This document shows, in pieces, positions 33,458-57,043 of a stretch of DNA of 64,000 nucleotides; positions within the stretch are counted from its first letter, which is position 1; each line of letters begins with the position of its first letter. A program made the translations under genes and the position numbers. Origin of the DNA: the human T2T-CHM13v2.0 reference genome, Homo sapiens; NCBI RefSeq assembly GCF_009914755.1, contig NC_060934.1; one strand, given 5' to 3'. The notes below the pieces were generated by a model. It was not told where the DNA came from. It worked only from the letters and a program-made list of their open reading frames with translations, and did not search any database.

Positions 33458-36400
33458 GTGGAATAAAGCTAGAAATCAATAGCAAGAGCATCACTGGAAA
33501 ATATACAAATAAATCCACATTTAAAAGCATGTTCCTGAATGACCATTGGGGCAACAAAAATATTAAGATGGAAAACAAAAAATTTCTAGTTCTAAAGAAA
33601 CTAGAAAATCAAGAACACACAAAATTCCAAATTAGCAGAAGAAAAGATAATGAAGATGAGAACAAAACTGAATGAAATATTTTTAAAAATACAATGATTT
33701 ATTTTCTGGATAGAAGTCCAAGGAGGATAATGTAGCCCCAGTCCTTGCTGTCACGAAACAGCAGGAGGCCAAGACGGTGTTGAATCCTCTGTTTGAGAAA
33801 AGTCCTAAGAATTTTGGCATTGGAGAGGACATTCAGCCCAAGAAAACCCCCACCCACTTTGGGAATGACCCCACTATATCAGGTTGCAGTGGCAAACAGC
33901 TATCCTCCATAAGTGACTGAGAGTGCCTCTGGGAACAAACCAGTTCACCAGGCCTTGGAGCAGCAAACATTTAATTAACTGCTTAAGCTGGCTCACAAGT
34001 ACAGAAAAGAGACAAAACAAGAGAAGAAACAGAGATGGTTAGCCTGGGTTAAGAAGAAAGCTGCTGGCAAAGGGGATGTTCCCACTAGGAGCCAACTTGT
34101 CTTTAAGCAGTGGTTAACACTGTCACCACCTTCACAGAGAATATACCTCAGCTGGTGATGATTGCACATGACATGGATTCAATCAAGCTGGTTGTTTTCC
34201 TGCCTGTCCTGTGTTATAAGATAAAGATCCCTTACTGCATTATCAAGGGGAAGGAAAGACTGGGGCAGGTAGTCTATAGAAAGACTTGCACCAATGTCAC
34301 CATCACACAGGTTAACTCAGAAGAAAAAAGATCTCTGGTTAAGCTGGTGGAAGCTATCAGAACCAATTACAAGGACAGATATGAGGAGATCTAGCATCAT
34401 TGGGAAGATAACATCCTTAGTCCAAAATCTGTGACTCACATTGCCAATCTGGAAAAGGAAAAGTCTAAAGAACTTGCTGCTAAACTGGGTTAAGTGTACA
34501 CTGTTGAGTTTTCAGTATATAAAAATAATAAAAATTATCCTTCTAAAAACACAGGTATCAATGTAATAAAAAGCTGATATTCTTAAAAGTTAAACAAAAC
34601 TGATAAACCAGTAGCTTTACTAACCAAGAAAAGAAAAGAGAAGACCCAATAAACAACAAAAAAAAAAAAATGCAAAGGGAGACATTATAAAGTATACCAC
34701 AAAATACAAAAGGCCATCAGAGACTATTATGAAAAATTATGTGCTCACAAACTAGAAAACCTAGAGGAAAGGGATACATTTTTGAAAGTATGCAACTTCC
34801 AAAGAATTAAAGAGAAAGAAAAAGAAATTCTGAGCAGACAAATAATGAGCTGTGAGATTGAGTCAGTGTTAAAATAACTTCCCAACAACAACAAAAACCC
34901 CAGGACCAAATGGATTTACAGCTGAATTCCAACCAACGTACAAAGAAGAAACAATGCCAATCCTTCTGAAGCTATTATAAAAAAAATGGAGGAAGAAATT
35001 ATTCCTAACTAATTTTAGAAGGTTTGCATCACCCTGATACCAAACTCAGAAATAAACATAACAAAAAAATAAAAGTAGAGATCAACATCGTTGATCAATA
35101 TAGATGCAAAAATTTCAGCAAAATACTAGTAAACTGAATCCAACAGCACATCAAAATGGTAATACACCATGATTAATTCAGTTTTATGTTAGAAATTCAA
35201 AGATGGTTCAACATACACAAATCAATATATGTGATATATTAAATCAACATAATGAAGGACAAAAATCATAACATCATCTCAAATGATGTAGAGAATGTCT
35301 TTAATAAAATTCAACATCTCTTCACAAAAAAACACTCAACCATCTAGGCATAGAAGGAACATAGCTCAATAAAAGCCATATGTGACAAACAAAGAGCTAA
35401 CATCTTACTGAGTGAGGAAAAGCTGAAAGCCTTTCCACTAAGACCTGAAGCAAGACAAAGATGCCCACTTTTGCCTGTCCTATTCTACATAGTACTGAAA
35501 GTCCTAACCAGAGTGAAAAGAGAAAGAAATGGGAAGGCATCCAAATTGGAATTGAGGAAGTCAAATTATCCCTGTTTGCTAAATATATGATCTTATATCT
35601 AAAATAACTTAAAGACTCCACCAAAAACCTCTTAGATTTGATAAATGAATTTAATAAAGTTATAGGATATGAAATCAAACTACAAAAATCAGTAGCATTT
35701 CTATACACAAATAATGATCTAATTGAGAAAGAAATCAAGAAGGTGATCCAATTTGCAATATATACAAAAATAAAATATCTAGAAAACTATTTAACAAAGG
35801 AAATAAAATATCTCTACAGAAAGACAGCAAAACATTGACAAAAAATTGTAGATGACCCAAACAAATGAAAAAACATCTTATGCTCATGAATAGGAAGAAT
35901 CAAGATTGTTAAAATAACCATCCATACTGCTCAAAGAAATCTAGAGATTCAATGCAATTCTTATCAAAGTACATATTTTTTTCACAGAATTAGTAAAAAT
36001 AATACTAAAATTCATATGGAAAAACAAAAGATCCTAAACAGCAAAATAAAATCCTCAGCAAAATAACAAAGCTGGAGGAATTATATTACCTGACTTCAAA
36101 TTATAGTACAAGGCCATAGTAAGAAAAACAGCATGGTACTGGTATAAAAGTAGACATTTAGATTGATGGAAAAGAATGAAGAACCTAGAAATAAAGCCAC
36201 TTAGGTACAGCCAAGTAACTTTTGACAAAGCCAAAACAAACATATGTTTGGGGAGAGGACACCATCTTCAATAAATATTGCTGAGAAAATTGGACTGCCA
36301 TATGCAGTTAAGTGAAGCTGGACCCATATCTCTCACCATATACTATAATAAACTCAAGATGGATTACATATTTAAAGCTAAGGTGCAACATATAAAAATA

Positions 36401-37425
36401 CTAGAAAAAAATCCTAGAAAAAGCCTTCTAGATTCGGTATGGGCAAAGAATTTGTGATGAAGACATTGAAAATACAGACAACAAAAACACAGACAAGTGA
36501 GAATTAATTAAACTAAAAAGCTTCTACACAGAAAAAAAAGATAAACAGATTGAACAGGCAACCTGTTATGTGAAAGAAAATATTTACAAACTATTCATCT
36601 GAGAGAGGACCAATATCCAGAATAATGATCAGTGAACAAAAGGAAAAAATGCTTAATATTACTAATCATCAGGGAAATGCAAATCAAAACCACATGAGAT
36701 ATTGTCTTACCCCAGTAAGAATGGCTATTACTAAAAAGAAAATAATAACAGGTGTTGGTGTGGATGCACAACAAAGGAAACTCTTATACACTGCTGGATG
36801 GAATGTAAATTAGTATACAGCCTCTATGTGAAACAGTACAGAAATTTCTCAAAGAATTTAAAAATAGGACTACAATTCAATCAGCAATCCCACTACTGGG
36901 TATCTAAACAAATAGAAAAAAACCAATATTTCAATAAGATATCTGCACTTGTATATTTTCAACTGCACCATTTACAACATCAAATATGTGGAATCCACTC
37001 AGGTGTTCAACAGATGACCAGATTAAAAAAAATATGGTATATATACAAAATGAAATACTATTCAGCCATAAAAAAACCCCAAATCATGTCATTTGAAGTG
37101 ATATTAATATAACCGGAAGTCATTATCATAAGTGGAATAAGCCAGGCACAGAAAGACAAATATTGTGTTTTCACTCATATGTGGGAGCTTAAAAATGTGT
37201 TCACATGGACTTTAGAGAGCAGAATGATAGATAATGGAGACTCAGAAAGATGAAGAGTGACAGGGGGAAGGATAATGAGTTATCAGTTAATGGGTACAAT
37301 GTACATTATTTGCATGATGAATACCCTATAGCCCTGACTTTGCCACTACACAATCTATGTATGTAAAAAAAACTACACATAAATTCCATAAATGTATACA
37401 AATAAAATAATAACAATAATAATAC
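33458..37425 (+). mobile_element. L1MA-like ORF2-3'UTR, host of the RPL7A retrocopy
   Basis: SGIKLEINSK (end of EN) onward; L1 sequence resumes after 34550; A-rich tail near 37400. Confidence 0.85.
33712..34549 (+). pseudogene. RPL7AP52: RPL7A processed pseudogene (probably RPL7AP52)
   Basis: Intronless: [21 protein letters not shown]...[22 protein letters not shown]...IPYCIIKGK...LVEAIRTNY...KELAAKLG* (TAA 34491-34493), short 3'UTR, multiple stops and frameshifts. RPL7A origin is certain; the P-number is from memory. Confidence 0.85.
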
Positions 37426-37449
37426 ATACTCTGCGTAATTAAAAAATGT

Positions 37450-40020
37450 CTTAAAGTTGGGTCAAGTAGGGTCAATCCTCTGACTTTGTTCTTCAATAGT
37501 GGCTATTCTGGATTTGTGTTCTCACCACATAAACTTTGTAATCATGTTGTCAATATCTAGAAAAGAAGTTGCATGATATTGATTGTAACGGCATTGTGTC
37601 TGTAGATTAGACAATGACTGACAACAATAATGAGACTTCATGAACTTAGAATCTCTCTCCATTTATTTAGATTTTTTGGTTTCTTTCATCAGAGTTTTGT
37701 CACTTTCCTTTAATCTTCTTCATATTGTGACAGACTTATACCTAGGTATGTCATATATTTTGCTGCTGATATAAATGATACTTTGCTTTTAGTTTCAAAT
37801 TACAACTGTTCATTGCTAGCAAATAGAAAGTAATTGACTGCTGCACAGTAACCTTGCATCCTACTACCTTACTATAATTGCCTGCTAGTCTCTGGAGTTT
37901 TTTGTTTTTCTTATTTCCTTTTGTTTTTTTAGAGATTTTTTAATTTGGGGGGATTTTCTACATAGATAATCATGTGATCTGCAAACAATGACAGTTTTAG
38001 TTCTTCCTTCCCTATTGGTGTATCTTTTGTTTCTTTTTCTTATTGCATTAGTTAGGATTTCTAGTATGATGCTGAATAGGAGTAGCGAGAGGAAATATCT
38101 TACCTTGTTCTTGTTCATAGCCAGAAAGTTTCAAGTCTCTTACCCTTAATAATAGTGTTAGTTATAAGATTTTTGTAGATGCTCTTTATCCAATTGAGAA
38201 GGTTTTTCTTCTATCTTTACTTTGCTGGAGATAATTTATGATGGATTAGTGCTGGATTTTGTCAAAGACTTTTTCTACAACTGTTAATTTGATCATGTTG
38301 ACTTACCTTCTTTAGCAAGATAATGTGATGGAGCACATTAGTTGATTTTAAAATGTTGAACCAACCTTGCATACCGGAATAAATCCTACTTGATTAGAAA
38401 TATAATTATTTTTATGTATTGTTGAATGCAGTTTGTTAGTATTTTGTTGAAATTTTTGGCATCTATTTTGATTAGATATATTTGTCAATAGTGTTCCTTT
38501 TTATCAATATCCTTGCCTAGTTTTGCTGTTAGGTTAATGCTGGACTCATAGAGTGAGTTAGAAATATTTATTTCTGCTACTATTTTCTGGAAGAGATTAA
38601 GATAATTGGTATAAATTTTTCCTTTAATGTTTGGAGGAATTCAAGAGTGAACATAATTAAGCCTTGTGCTTTCTTTTCTGGAAGTTATTAATTATTGATT
38701 CAATTAAGTCAGTAAATAAAGATTTAATCAGATTACCATTTCCTCTTTCCTGGGTTTTGGAAGATTGTGTCTTTAAGAAATTAATCTGTTTCATCTAAAT
38801 TACCATGTTTGTGGACAGAGACTTGCCTGTAATATATCTTTATTATCCTTTTAATGTCTAAGGTATCAGTAGTGATGGCCCCTGTTTTAATTCTGACATT
38901 ATTAAAACGTGTCTTGTCTCTTTTTTCTCTTGGTGAAACTGGCTGGAGTTTTGTTAAATTTATTTTCAAAGAACAAGCTTTTGGTATCATACATAGAGTT
39001 GGACCTTGTTTTTTATCTACTCTGATAGCTTCTGTCTTTTAGTTGGTGTATTTAGTTATGTTTAAAGTGATTTTGATATAGTGGGATTATATCTACCACA
39101 TATTAGTTGCTGTTTTCTACTCATTGCCCTTGTTCTTTTTCTGTTTTTGTCATCAGTTCTTGTTCTGCCTTCTATGGTTTTAAATGAGCATTTTATGTAA
39201 TTTAATTTCCTCTTCTTAACATACTATATTTCAATATTTACTTTAGTAATTTCCCTATAGTTTGCAATTTGTATTTGTAATTAATTCAAGTTCACTTTCT
39301 AATAACACTACACTGCTTCATGAGTAGTGCATCTACCTGTAACAAAGTATTCCTAATTCCTCCCTCCAGTTCCTTATGTGATTACTGCCATTCATTCCAC
39401 CTATCCATAAGCTATAATTACCAAATATATTGTTGTCATTATTATTTTGAACAAACTACTATCTGTCAGAATAATTAAAAAAGAAAAATAAAAGTTTTAT
39501 GTTGCCATCAATTACTCCTTCTCGAACATTGTTATTTTCCTTATGTGGGTCAGTATTTGGCTTGTATCATTTTCTTCTTTCTGAGGAAATTCTTTTAACA
39601 TTTCTTGCAAGGCAGGAACTAAAGACAACTTTTCTCAACTTTCTGTGGGTGACAGTCTTTATTTCTCTTTCAGTTAAAAAGGATGTTTTCTGGATACAGA
39701 AAGCAAAATGGGTGAGAATGTTTTCCAACACTTTAAATATTTTGCTTCACTCTCTTCTTATTTGCATGAACTTTTAAGAGATGTTTGATGTAAGTTTTAT
39801 TCTCATTCCTAGATAGCTAGGATGTTTTATTCCCTTGGCTTCTTTCAAGATTTTTGCTTAGTCTTTACGTTTTTCATTTGAATATGATGTGCCTAGGTGT
39901 AGACTTTTGGGTACCTAACCTACTTGGTGTTCTCTGAGGTTCTTGGATCTGTGGTTTGCTGTCTGTCCTTAATTTTGGGAAATTCTCAGTAATTACTTCT
40001 TCAGATATTACTTCTGCTGA
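37450..40020 (-). mobile_element. Old L1M (ORF2 and ORF1 remnants)
   Basis: ENFPKLRTDSKPQIQEPQRTPSR (ORF1) and degenerate ORF2 peptides. Confidence 0.75.
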
Positions 40021-40244
40021 ACACTTTGTTTTTATATAAGCTTTTTCATTGAAGTATAACATACATAGAAAAATACGCACATATTCTAAAAGTACAGCTC
40101 AAAGGATTAATGTAAAGTGAACATATTTATATAACCTACAAACAAGACATAGAAAAGAATTTTGTTTCTAAGGCATTCTCATCCTTTCTACTGCCACATC
40201 CTCTTGTAAGGTATCTGGTATCATTCCATAGGTTAGTTTTTAAA

Positions 40245-41082
40245 AAATTTTATTGTATTATACATTCAGGGTATACATGCTCATATTTCTTACATGGGTA
40301 TGTTGTGTACTGGTGGGGACTGGTCTTCTAGTATACCCATTACCCAAATGAGGAACATTATATCCAACAGGTAATTCACCAACCCTTGCCCCCCAGTCTG
40401 TCCTCCACAGTTTTGGAGTCCCCAGTGTCTATGATTTCCATCTTTACGTCCACGTGTACCCATTGTTTAGATCCCACTTACAAGTGAGACCACGTGGTAT
40501 TTGATTTTCTGTTTCTGAGTTAGTTCACATAAGATAATGGCCTCCAGCTCCTTCTATGTTGCTGAAAAAAACATAATTCCATTCTTCTGTTTTTTATGAC
40601 TATGTGTTACTCCATGGTGTAAATACACCACATTTTCTTTATCTGAACAACCATTGATGGACATTTAGAGTGGGTCCCTGACTTTGCTATTGTGAATAGT
40701 GTTGCAAGAACATAAAGGAAGGTGTGTTTTTATATAATTATTTATTTTCTTTTGGGTATATGCCCAGTAGTGAGATTGCTGGATTGAATAGTAGTTCTAT
40801 TTTTAGTTCTTTGAGAAATCTCTATACTGTTTTCCATTGAAGTTGAAATAATTTATATTCCACCAACAGTGTATAAGTATTCCCTTTTCTCCACATCCAC
40901 ACTAACATTTGCTGTATTTTGATTTTTTAAAAATTATACTTTATGTTCTAAGTTACATGTGTAGAATGTGCAGTTGTGTTACGTAGGTATACACGTGCCC
41001 TGCTGGTTTGCTGCACCCATCAACCCGTCATCTACATTAGGTATTTCTCCTAATGTTATCCCTCCCCTATACCCCCACCCTC
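40245..41082 (-). mobile_element. Two L1 3'-end fragments (older about 40245-40925; L1PA about 40930-41082)
   Basis: Recognisable L1 3'UTR reverse complements. Confidence 0.75.
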
Positions 41083-41614
41083 CCTTCTGTTCTCATTTTC
41101 ACCCTGTGAGATGCCAGCTCCTCCTTTTGCCCTCTGCCATGATTGAAAGCTTCCTGAGCCCTCCCCAGAAGCCAAGGAGATGCTGGCGGCATGCTTCCTG
41201 GATGGCCTGCATAACTGTGAGCAAACTGAACCTCTTTTCTTTATAAATTACCCAGTCTCAGGTATTTCTTTCTTTTTTTTTTTTTTTTTTTCTGAGACAA
41301 GGTCTTACTTCGTCACCCAGGCTGGAGTGCAGTGGTGCGATCTTGGCTCACTGCAACCGCTGCTGCCAGGGTCCAAGTGATTCTCATGCCTCAGACTCCC
41401 AAGGAGCTGGAATTACAGGCATGTGCCACCAAGCCTGGCTAATTTTTTGTATCTTAGTAGATATGGGGTCTCACCATGTTGCCCAGGCTGGTATAGAACT
41501 CTTGGACTCAAGCGATCCACCTGCCTTGGCCTCCCAAAGTGCAGAGATTACAGACGTGAGGCAACTTACGTGACCTCCGCTATTTCTCATAGCAATGCAA
41601 GAACTGCCTACTAC
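41083..41614 (+). mobile_element. Partial MST-like MaLR LTR interrupted by an antisense Alu (about 41269-41575)
   Basis: 'ttctttataaattacccagtctcaggtatttct' resumes as 'tatttctcatagcaatgc...taca' after the Alu. Confidence 0.8.
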
Positions 41615-42226
41615 AGGCAGTTCCTAATGTTGGATTCACATACAGGAAACCTGAGACTCTGTGGTGGTCAAACAGTCTGCAGTTTCTACAGTCTCATTAC
41701 AAACTTTGATCTGGCTGACACCAAGGATCTGTGACACAGTTCTGCTGAGGAGTCTGACAGCTGCTTTGCTGAAAATGTTTGTGGCTCTGGACCAGGCTCA
41801 GAATCAGCACAGCCTCATCTGTCATTTGTAGTGTAAGAAGGGTCTGAGCCTCAGACCCAGGACTTCTTGCCTAAATTCCTGAGACCTCAGCTGTGCTTTC
41901 TTCTCTCACACCTTCCCACATGCCAATCCTGGGGATATGCTTGACTCTGTTTCAGTCCCTTGTGGCTGCTGAGCAGAGCTACTTCTGTACTTTGTCCTCA
42001 AGCAGCAAAGTCCCACACCCAAGCTTTTGGGAAAGATGCCTATGATGACATTAACAGGTGAAGCCCAAAGACAGCATTTTGGCAAGGAGGTGATATGGGG
42101 ATAGTATCATTTTTCTTATGAAGCATTTGAGGTCCCCAGTGGCCATCAGTTCTCCTGGTGAGTTGGAACAGAGGGAAGGAGTCACAAGTGTAAGTCTTCC
42201 TCCCTCTTCAGTGAGAATCTACAGTA

Positions 42227-42370
42227 AGTGCCTGTAATCTCAGCTGAGACAGGAGGATTGGTTGAACCCAGGAGGCAGAGGTTGCAGTGAGCCAAGATCT
42301 CACCACTGCATTTCAGCTTGGGTGACAGAGCAAGACTCTGTCTCAAAAAAAAAAAAAAAGGAAAGGAAAA
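42227..42370 (+). mobile_element. Alu right-arm fragment
   Basis: cctgtaatctcagc...gactctgtctc followed by an A-tail. Confidence 0.85.
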
Positions 42371-43512
42371 GATGAGCCTGGAATTTCTTGCTCTGCCAGA
42401 AAATAAGGAATTGCTTAAGAATTGAGGAGGACAAGAAAAAGGGACGCAGAATCCAGTCATTAGAAGATAATTTGAGCACCAAAGTAAATAATGTTATAAT
42501 GGATTATAACCCATTGAACACAACTGAATTCGTGATTGATTTATTTATATCATTATGTCCATAATGATACATGAATACATTAAAAACTTGATAGGGAATA
42601 TACAGTTATATATTATAGTTATGCAGTATCAAAGTATCTACCCACAAATAGATATAGAATCAAAGAATCTACCCACAAAGTATTTCTTAATTACAAATGT
42701 AAGAAGAATAACATTATGGTGGAGGACACAACCAGACACCATAATAAAAAATCAAAGTAGACATCACCCATAATGCGACAGATTGAAATTATTTGTCACC
42801 AGATATGTTGCAATGAGAAGTCAAAGCATCTTCTGTGATATTCCTGCCAAAGCTGCATAACCAGAATCTGATTATGAAAAAACATCAGATAATCCCAAAT
42901 GGAGAGAAATTTTAAAAACTCCCAACCTATGCTTTTCAAAAGTGACAAGGTCAAGGAGGTTGAGGAAAGACTGAGGAACTGTGTCAGGCTGTGATTGACT
43001 AAGGAGACATGACAACTAGTTGCAAAATGGCATTCAGGATTCCAAACTGGATTCTGAAATGAATATAATGAATATCATTGGTACTTATTGAGGAAACACT
43101 AATGGAAATGAGGATTAGATGGCCCTATTGCATCAATATTAATTTCCTGAATTTGAAGGTTTTATTTTGGTTATATAGTCAAATTGCCTTGTTTATAAGA
43201 GCTATATACTAAAATATTTCAGGTTTGGAACTTTAGGTCAGAAAATACTCTCAAATGTTCAAAATAGAGAAAATGCTCTGTACTTCCAACTTTTTGTTAC
43301 ATTTATAGTTATTAAAATTACATAACTGTATTATATATGCATATATATATACACATATATACACAATTGCATATACATATATAAATGATATATATAAAGC
43401 CAACAATGGACTCATACCTAAACTATGCAAGCCCTTCAAAAAAGACTTGATATTGCCAAAGCACTCAGCATCATGAAGCTTCACTGAAATGCAAATTAAC
43501 ACTACAATAAGA

Positions 43513-50201
<6,689 letters not shown>

Positions 50202-50208
50202 AGCCACC

Positions 50209-52357
<2,149 letters not shown>

Positions 52358-52770
52358 AAGATATTATTACACACACATCAAAATGGTTAAAATGAAAAAA
52401 GACAATATGCTAAGTGTTGGCAAGAAAGAGAAGCAGCTGGCACTCTCAGTACAGTTGTGAATTTACTAAAACCCTGGGATAATTCTTTGGCAGTCATTCA
52501 TAAAACCGAGCACATGCACATCCAGCAATTATGCTCATAGTTATATCAACATAAATCCTTATATTGGGATAACAATGTATTAGAGTAATAACAGCACAAT
52601 TCACAATAACCACAAACTAGAATCATCTCAAAATTTCATAACAATACAATGAAAAGATAAATTTTGGAATTGTTATAAAATAAAACACTCTAACCCTAAC
52701 TTACGTACTGCTATTTGTGACAACATGAATGAATCTCACAAGCAAAATTAAATGAAAATACTAGATTCTT

Positions 52771-53068
52771 GGCCAGGCTTAGTGGCTCATACCTGTAATC
52801 CCAGCACTTTGGGAGGCCGAGGAGGGTGGATCACCTGAGGTTAGGAGTTCGAGACCAGCCTGACCAACATGGAGAAACCCCATCTCTACTAAAAATACAA
52901 AAAATTAGCCGGGAGTGGTGGCACATGCCTGTAATCCCAGCTACTCAGGAGGCTGAGGTAGCAGAATTGCTTGAAGCTGGGAGGTGGAGATTGCAGTGAG
53001 CTGAGATTGTGCCATTGCACTCCAGCAAGGCAACAAGAGTGAGACTCTGTCTCAAAAAAAAAAAAAAA
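52771..53068 (+). mobile_element. Alu (S-like) within an old L1M fragment
   Basis: TSD GAAAATACTAGAT(T/A)CT on both sides. Confidence 0.95.
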
Positions 53069-54309
53069 GAAAATACTAGATACTAAAAAATACATAATAT
53101 GATTCCATTAATGTTAAGTTCACAAACAGGCAACACTAATCTATGGCATAATACTGGAATTATCTAGTGGGAGAGGAAGGTAGGAGGAGACATAAAGGGG
53201 CTTCTGGGGTCCTGGCAAAATTATTTTTCTTGACCTGTGTGTTGATTACACAGATATATTCAGTTCATGATAATTCATTGAGCTATATACATTTAGGAAG
53301 TTTCTAACATTCTGTTTGTATATTACACTCCATTGAAAAGGTTTATTTAAAAAGAAGCAGTTTGCATTCACAATTCCACCCAAGCTGAGGTTTGCATTAC
53401 TCCGTGACTGTGGAGGGCTTCAGCCAGATGCCCTCCTGACCATCTGGGCAATGATAAGAAATCTCTGCAATGTGAGAATCACTGAACTGGGAATTAAAAC
53501 CTGGATTCTAAAAAGGAAGATTGTGTACTAATGCACTAGTGACAGTTCACCTCACTTATTCACCAATTCCTCATTTCTAATAATAAAGTAGGGATTAGGC
53601 TAGTGGATCTCTTAAGACCCCTTCTGTCTCTAATTATCTGCTTCTTTCATTCTTTGAAAGGACCGGCAGAAGTCTTAACAGAAAGGAGTAACAGAGACCC
53701 ATTTTTCAAGAAATAAAATGATTGTTTTAAAGAAAGGCATTGAGATCATTTTATCTAAAACAAGGTAGTGCACTTCTTTGAGAGTTCAGAGCTACATAAG
53801 CCAAGCAGTAAAATAACTGTTTCTCTTTGTCTCAGATAAATTATTCACCAAAACCTCCACTGACTCAAATTCTAAAGGTTGCAAAACCACACCCTAATTG
53901 TAATCAACCTGTGTTGCAACTGCTGAGTTGGTTAATGTGTATTTGAAAGTCACTGATTATCCTGAGTAATGAAATATTGCCTCATAGTACATGGTAAGTA
54001 AATGTTGGTGTCTCTGGTGGATTGAATTTCTTGCTTGGAGGGAATGATGTAAGACTTGGCCCTATCATCTTCAGTCTCTGTGTCCTTGAACAAAATACTG
54101 AATCTCTAAGACCCAGCTTCCTTATCTCTAAAGTGGGAATAATTTTACCACAGGCAAGGGTAATTGAGAGAATCAAAAGGGTTATGATGGGTATAAAAAT
54201 TCTCTATAAATTGTCAGAATCCCTGTAAACATGTTTGATAAAACATTGTTGATATGGGTTCTTGACAAAGCTTGAATTTTCCTCATTGCAGTTAGAAATA
54301 ACTGCATTA

Positions 54310-54860
54310 ATCCAATATTATTTCCAATAGCCAAGATACGGAAATGACCTAAGTGTTCATGGACAAATAAATGGATGAAGAAATTGTGGTGTATATTTAT
54401 ATACTCATTGGAATATTTTTAAACTTAAAAAGGAGATATTGCCTTTTGCATCAACATGGAATGAACCTGGAGGATATTATGCTAAGTGATATAAGCCAGA
54501 TGCAGATGAAAAAAGATTGCATGATTTCATTTATATGAAGAATCTTTAAAAAGTCAAATACATAGAAACAGAGAGTAGAATGGTGGTTACCAAAAGTGAG
54601 AGGGGGCACAAATTTGCTGTTAGATAGGATGAATAAGTCTAAAAATCTAATAAACAGCAAGAGTAATATAGTTAATACACTACCCTGAAAACCTGCTAAA
54701 AGAGTAGATTTTAGGTGCTTATACCACGAAAAAAGAAGGTAGTTATAGAATTGATGAATATGTAAACTTGTTTAACTGTAGTAATAATTCCACTCTATGT
54801 ATGTCTACCAATGTTGTTTACCTTAAATATATACAATAGAAATAAAGTAAACAAAAAACT
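54310..54860 (+). mobile_element. Old L1M 3' fragment
   Basis: 'atggaatgaacctggaggatattatgctaagtga' 3'UTR signature. Confidence 0.75.
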
Positions 54861-55790
54861 GTGCTAATCATTTAGAATACCACAATGATATCTTTACAGA
54901 ATATGCCTTAGTACAAGCATTGCCATTAGTGATCTAGAAATGTATGTATCATTTTAGTGATATATAGAGCCTCATGAGCACTAAATGTCATCTCCAGTTC
55001 AGGTCTGCACAACTGTGTTTGTTCTGTGCCATGGGTCTGTTTAATGATTTCCCTACCTCCCATTCACCACTGAAGCCCATGCCTGTTGTTCTGCCTATAA
55101 TTCCCCTTCCTTGCTGTGCAATATTTCATTCCATTATTTCTGACACAGACGGCCAAAAAAGCAACAGAAACAGCTGTGTCTGGAGGCAACTGGGAGGTTG
55201 AGAAGCCATAGTTTCTGAGATCTTACCCACTAAATTCTCTGAGATTGGCTCTTTCCTCAGTTATACTGAGTAGGATTCACCTCTGCAGTGACAGAGAGGG
55301 GAGAAACACAAGTTTTTACTTCTCTTGAGAATGTACAGCCCTGTTATTTTGTGAACAGTGTGGTATACATTCAGAGTGATGAATGGTTGTAGGATTTATT
55401 TAATTTTACTAAAACTGTTCTCAAGGCAGTTCTGGTGTAAATGATAAAGCACCACAGTGGGCATCGGAAGATCTCAGTTCAAATCCCAGCCTGCCATTTA
55501 TGAGCTGTGGGACACTGGACAGGTCATCTGTTCTCCTAGAGTCTCCCTTTCCCCATTTGAAAAATATGAAATAATATTCTCAGCCATCCAGTGTTTTTCA
55601 GGGGGTTTAATGGAAAAAGGTGTGTATGTTTACTTAGCTAGTTAATTGATAATCTGTTTAGCCATTTAAGATGAGTGAGATTGTTAGCTGTTTTATGTTT
55701 AGGCAGCTGTAATGTTAGTACTACACTAAAATATTTCAAAAGGATCTCATGTTCAAGGAAAATGATCTAGTGTTTGAGAAAGCATTATAG

Positions 55791-56304
55791 TGTTGCAGTC
55801 TTGCTGATCCTTAGCTCAGCTAGGTCTGAGTTGTCTCATGCATGAAGAATTAGGCACACAGACACCAGAGAGTGAGTGGAGTAGAATTTATTAAGTGAAA
55901 GGAAACTCTCAGCAAAGAGAGAGTCCCTGAAAGCAGGTTGCAGATTGCCACTTCACAGTTGAATACCAATACTTTTGTAGAAAAGCTGATGAGGCTGGGA
56001 TACTTATTTGCATAAGGCATGAATTGCTGGTGTTTCCACCCTTCCTTCCATTGCGCATGTGGGCTCTTAGTCTAAGCCACTCCATATTGATTTATTTCCC
56101 TTCCTGTGCATGTGTTAAAGGTAGGAATTTTTCACTGTGGGCATATTTAGGCAAGCTCCCTGTGCAAGTTCCCTTATCTGCACAAAACATCTAGTGTAAG
56201 TACTTGGGGTTTTTGTGGATTGGGCAATGACCTGGAAGGGTTGGAGGTTCTCTGGGGACCCTTCCCTTACTGCCTGCCTAAAGCAAGCTGGCTAACTCCC
56301 CTCA
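55791..56304 (-). mobile_element. ERV1-class solo LTR in the pseudo-promoter
   Basis: TG...CA ends, 514 bp, 4-bp TSD ATAG (55787-55790, 56305-56308), TTTATT signal. Confidence 0.75.
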
Positions 56305-56433
56305 ATAGGATAAACATTATTGTACATACAAGGGATATAATACATAGATTGCCCTCAAAGTTATATTTCCAACTGGTCATCAATCTAAGAATCCAAACTT
56401 TTGAGTAATTTTTTGATGAAGAAGTTTACTTCA

Positions 56434-56894
<461 letters not shown>

Positions 56895-57043
56895 TCAGCC
56901 AATGTTCATTCAGAAGAGAGATTAAAATGCTTCTTTCTGACTTGTCACAGTCAGAGTCAGAATCACAGGTGGATTGGCACGGAGTGTCATAAAAGCCTTG
57001 AAGTGAAAGCCTACAGTTGTCTTACTAAGAAGGGAAGCCTTCA

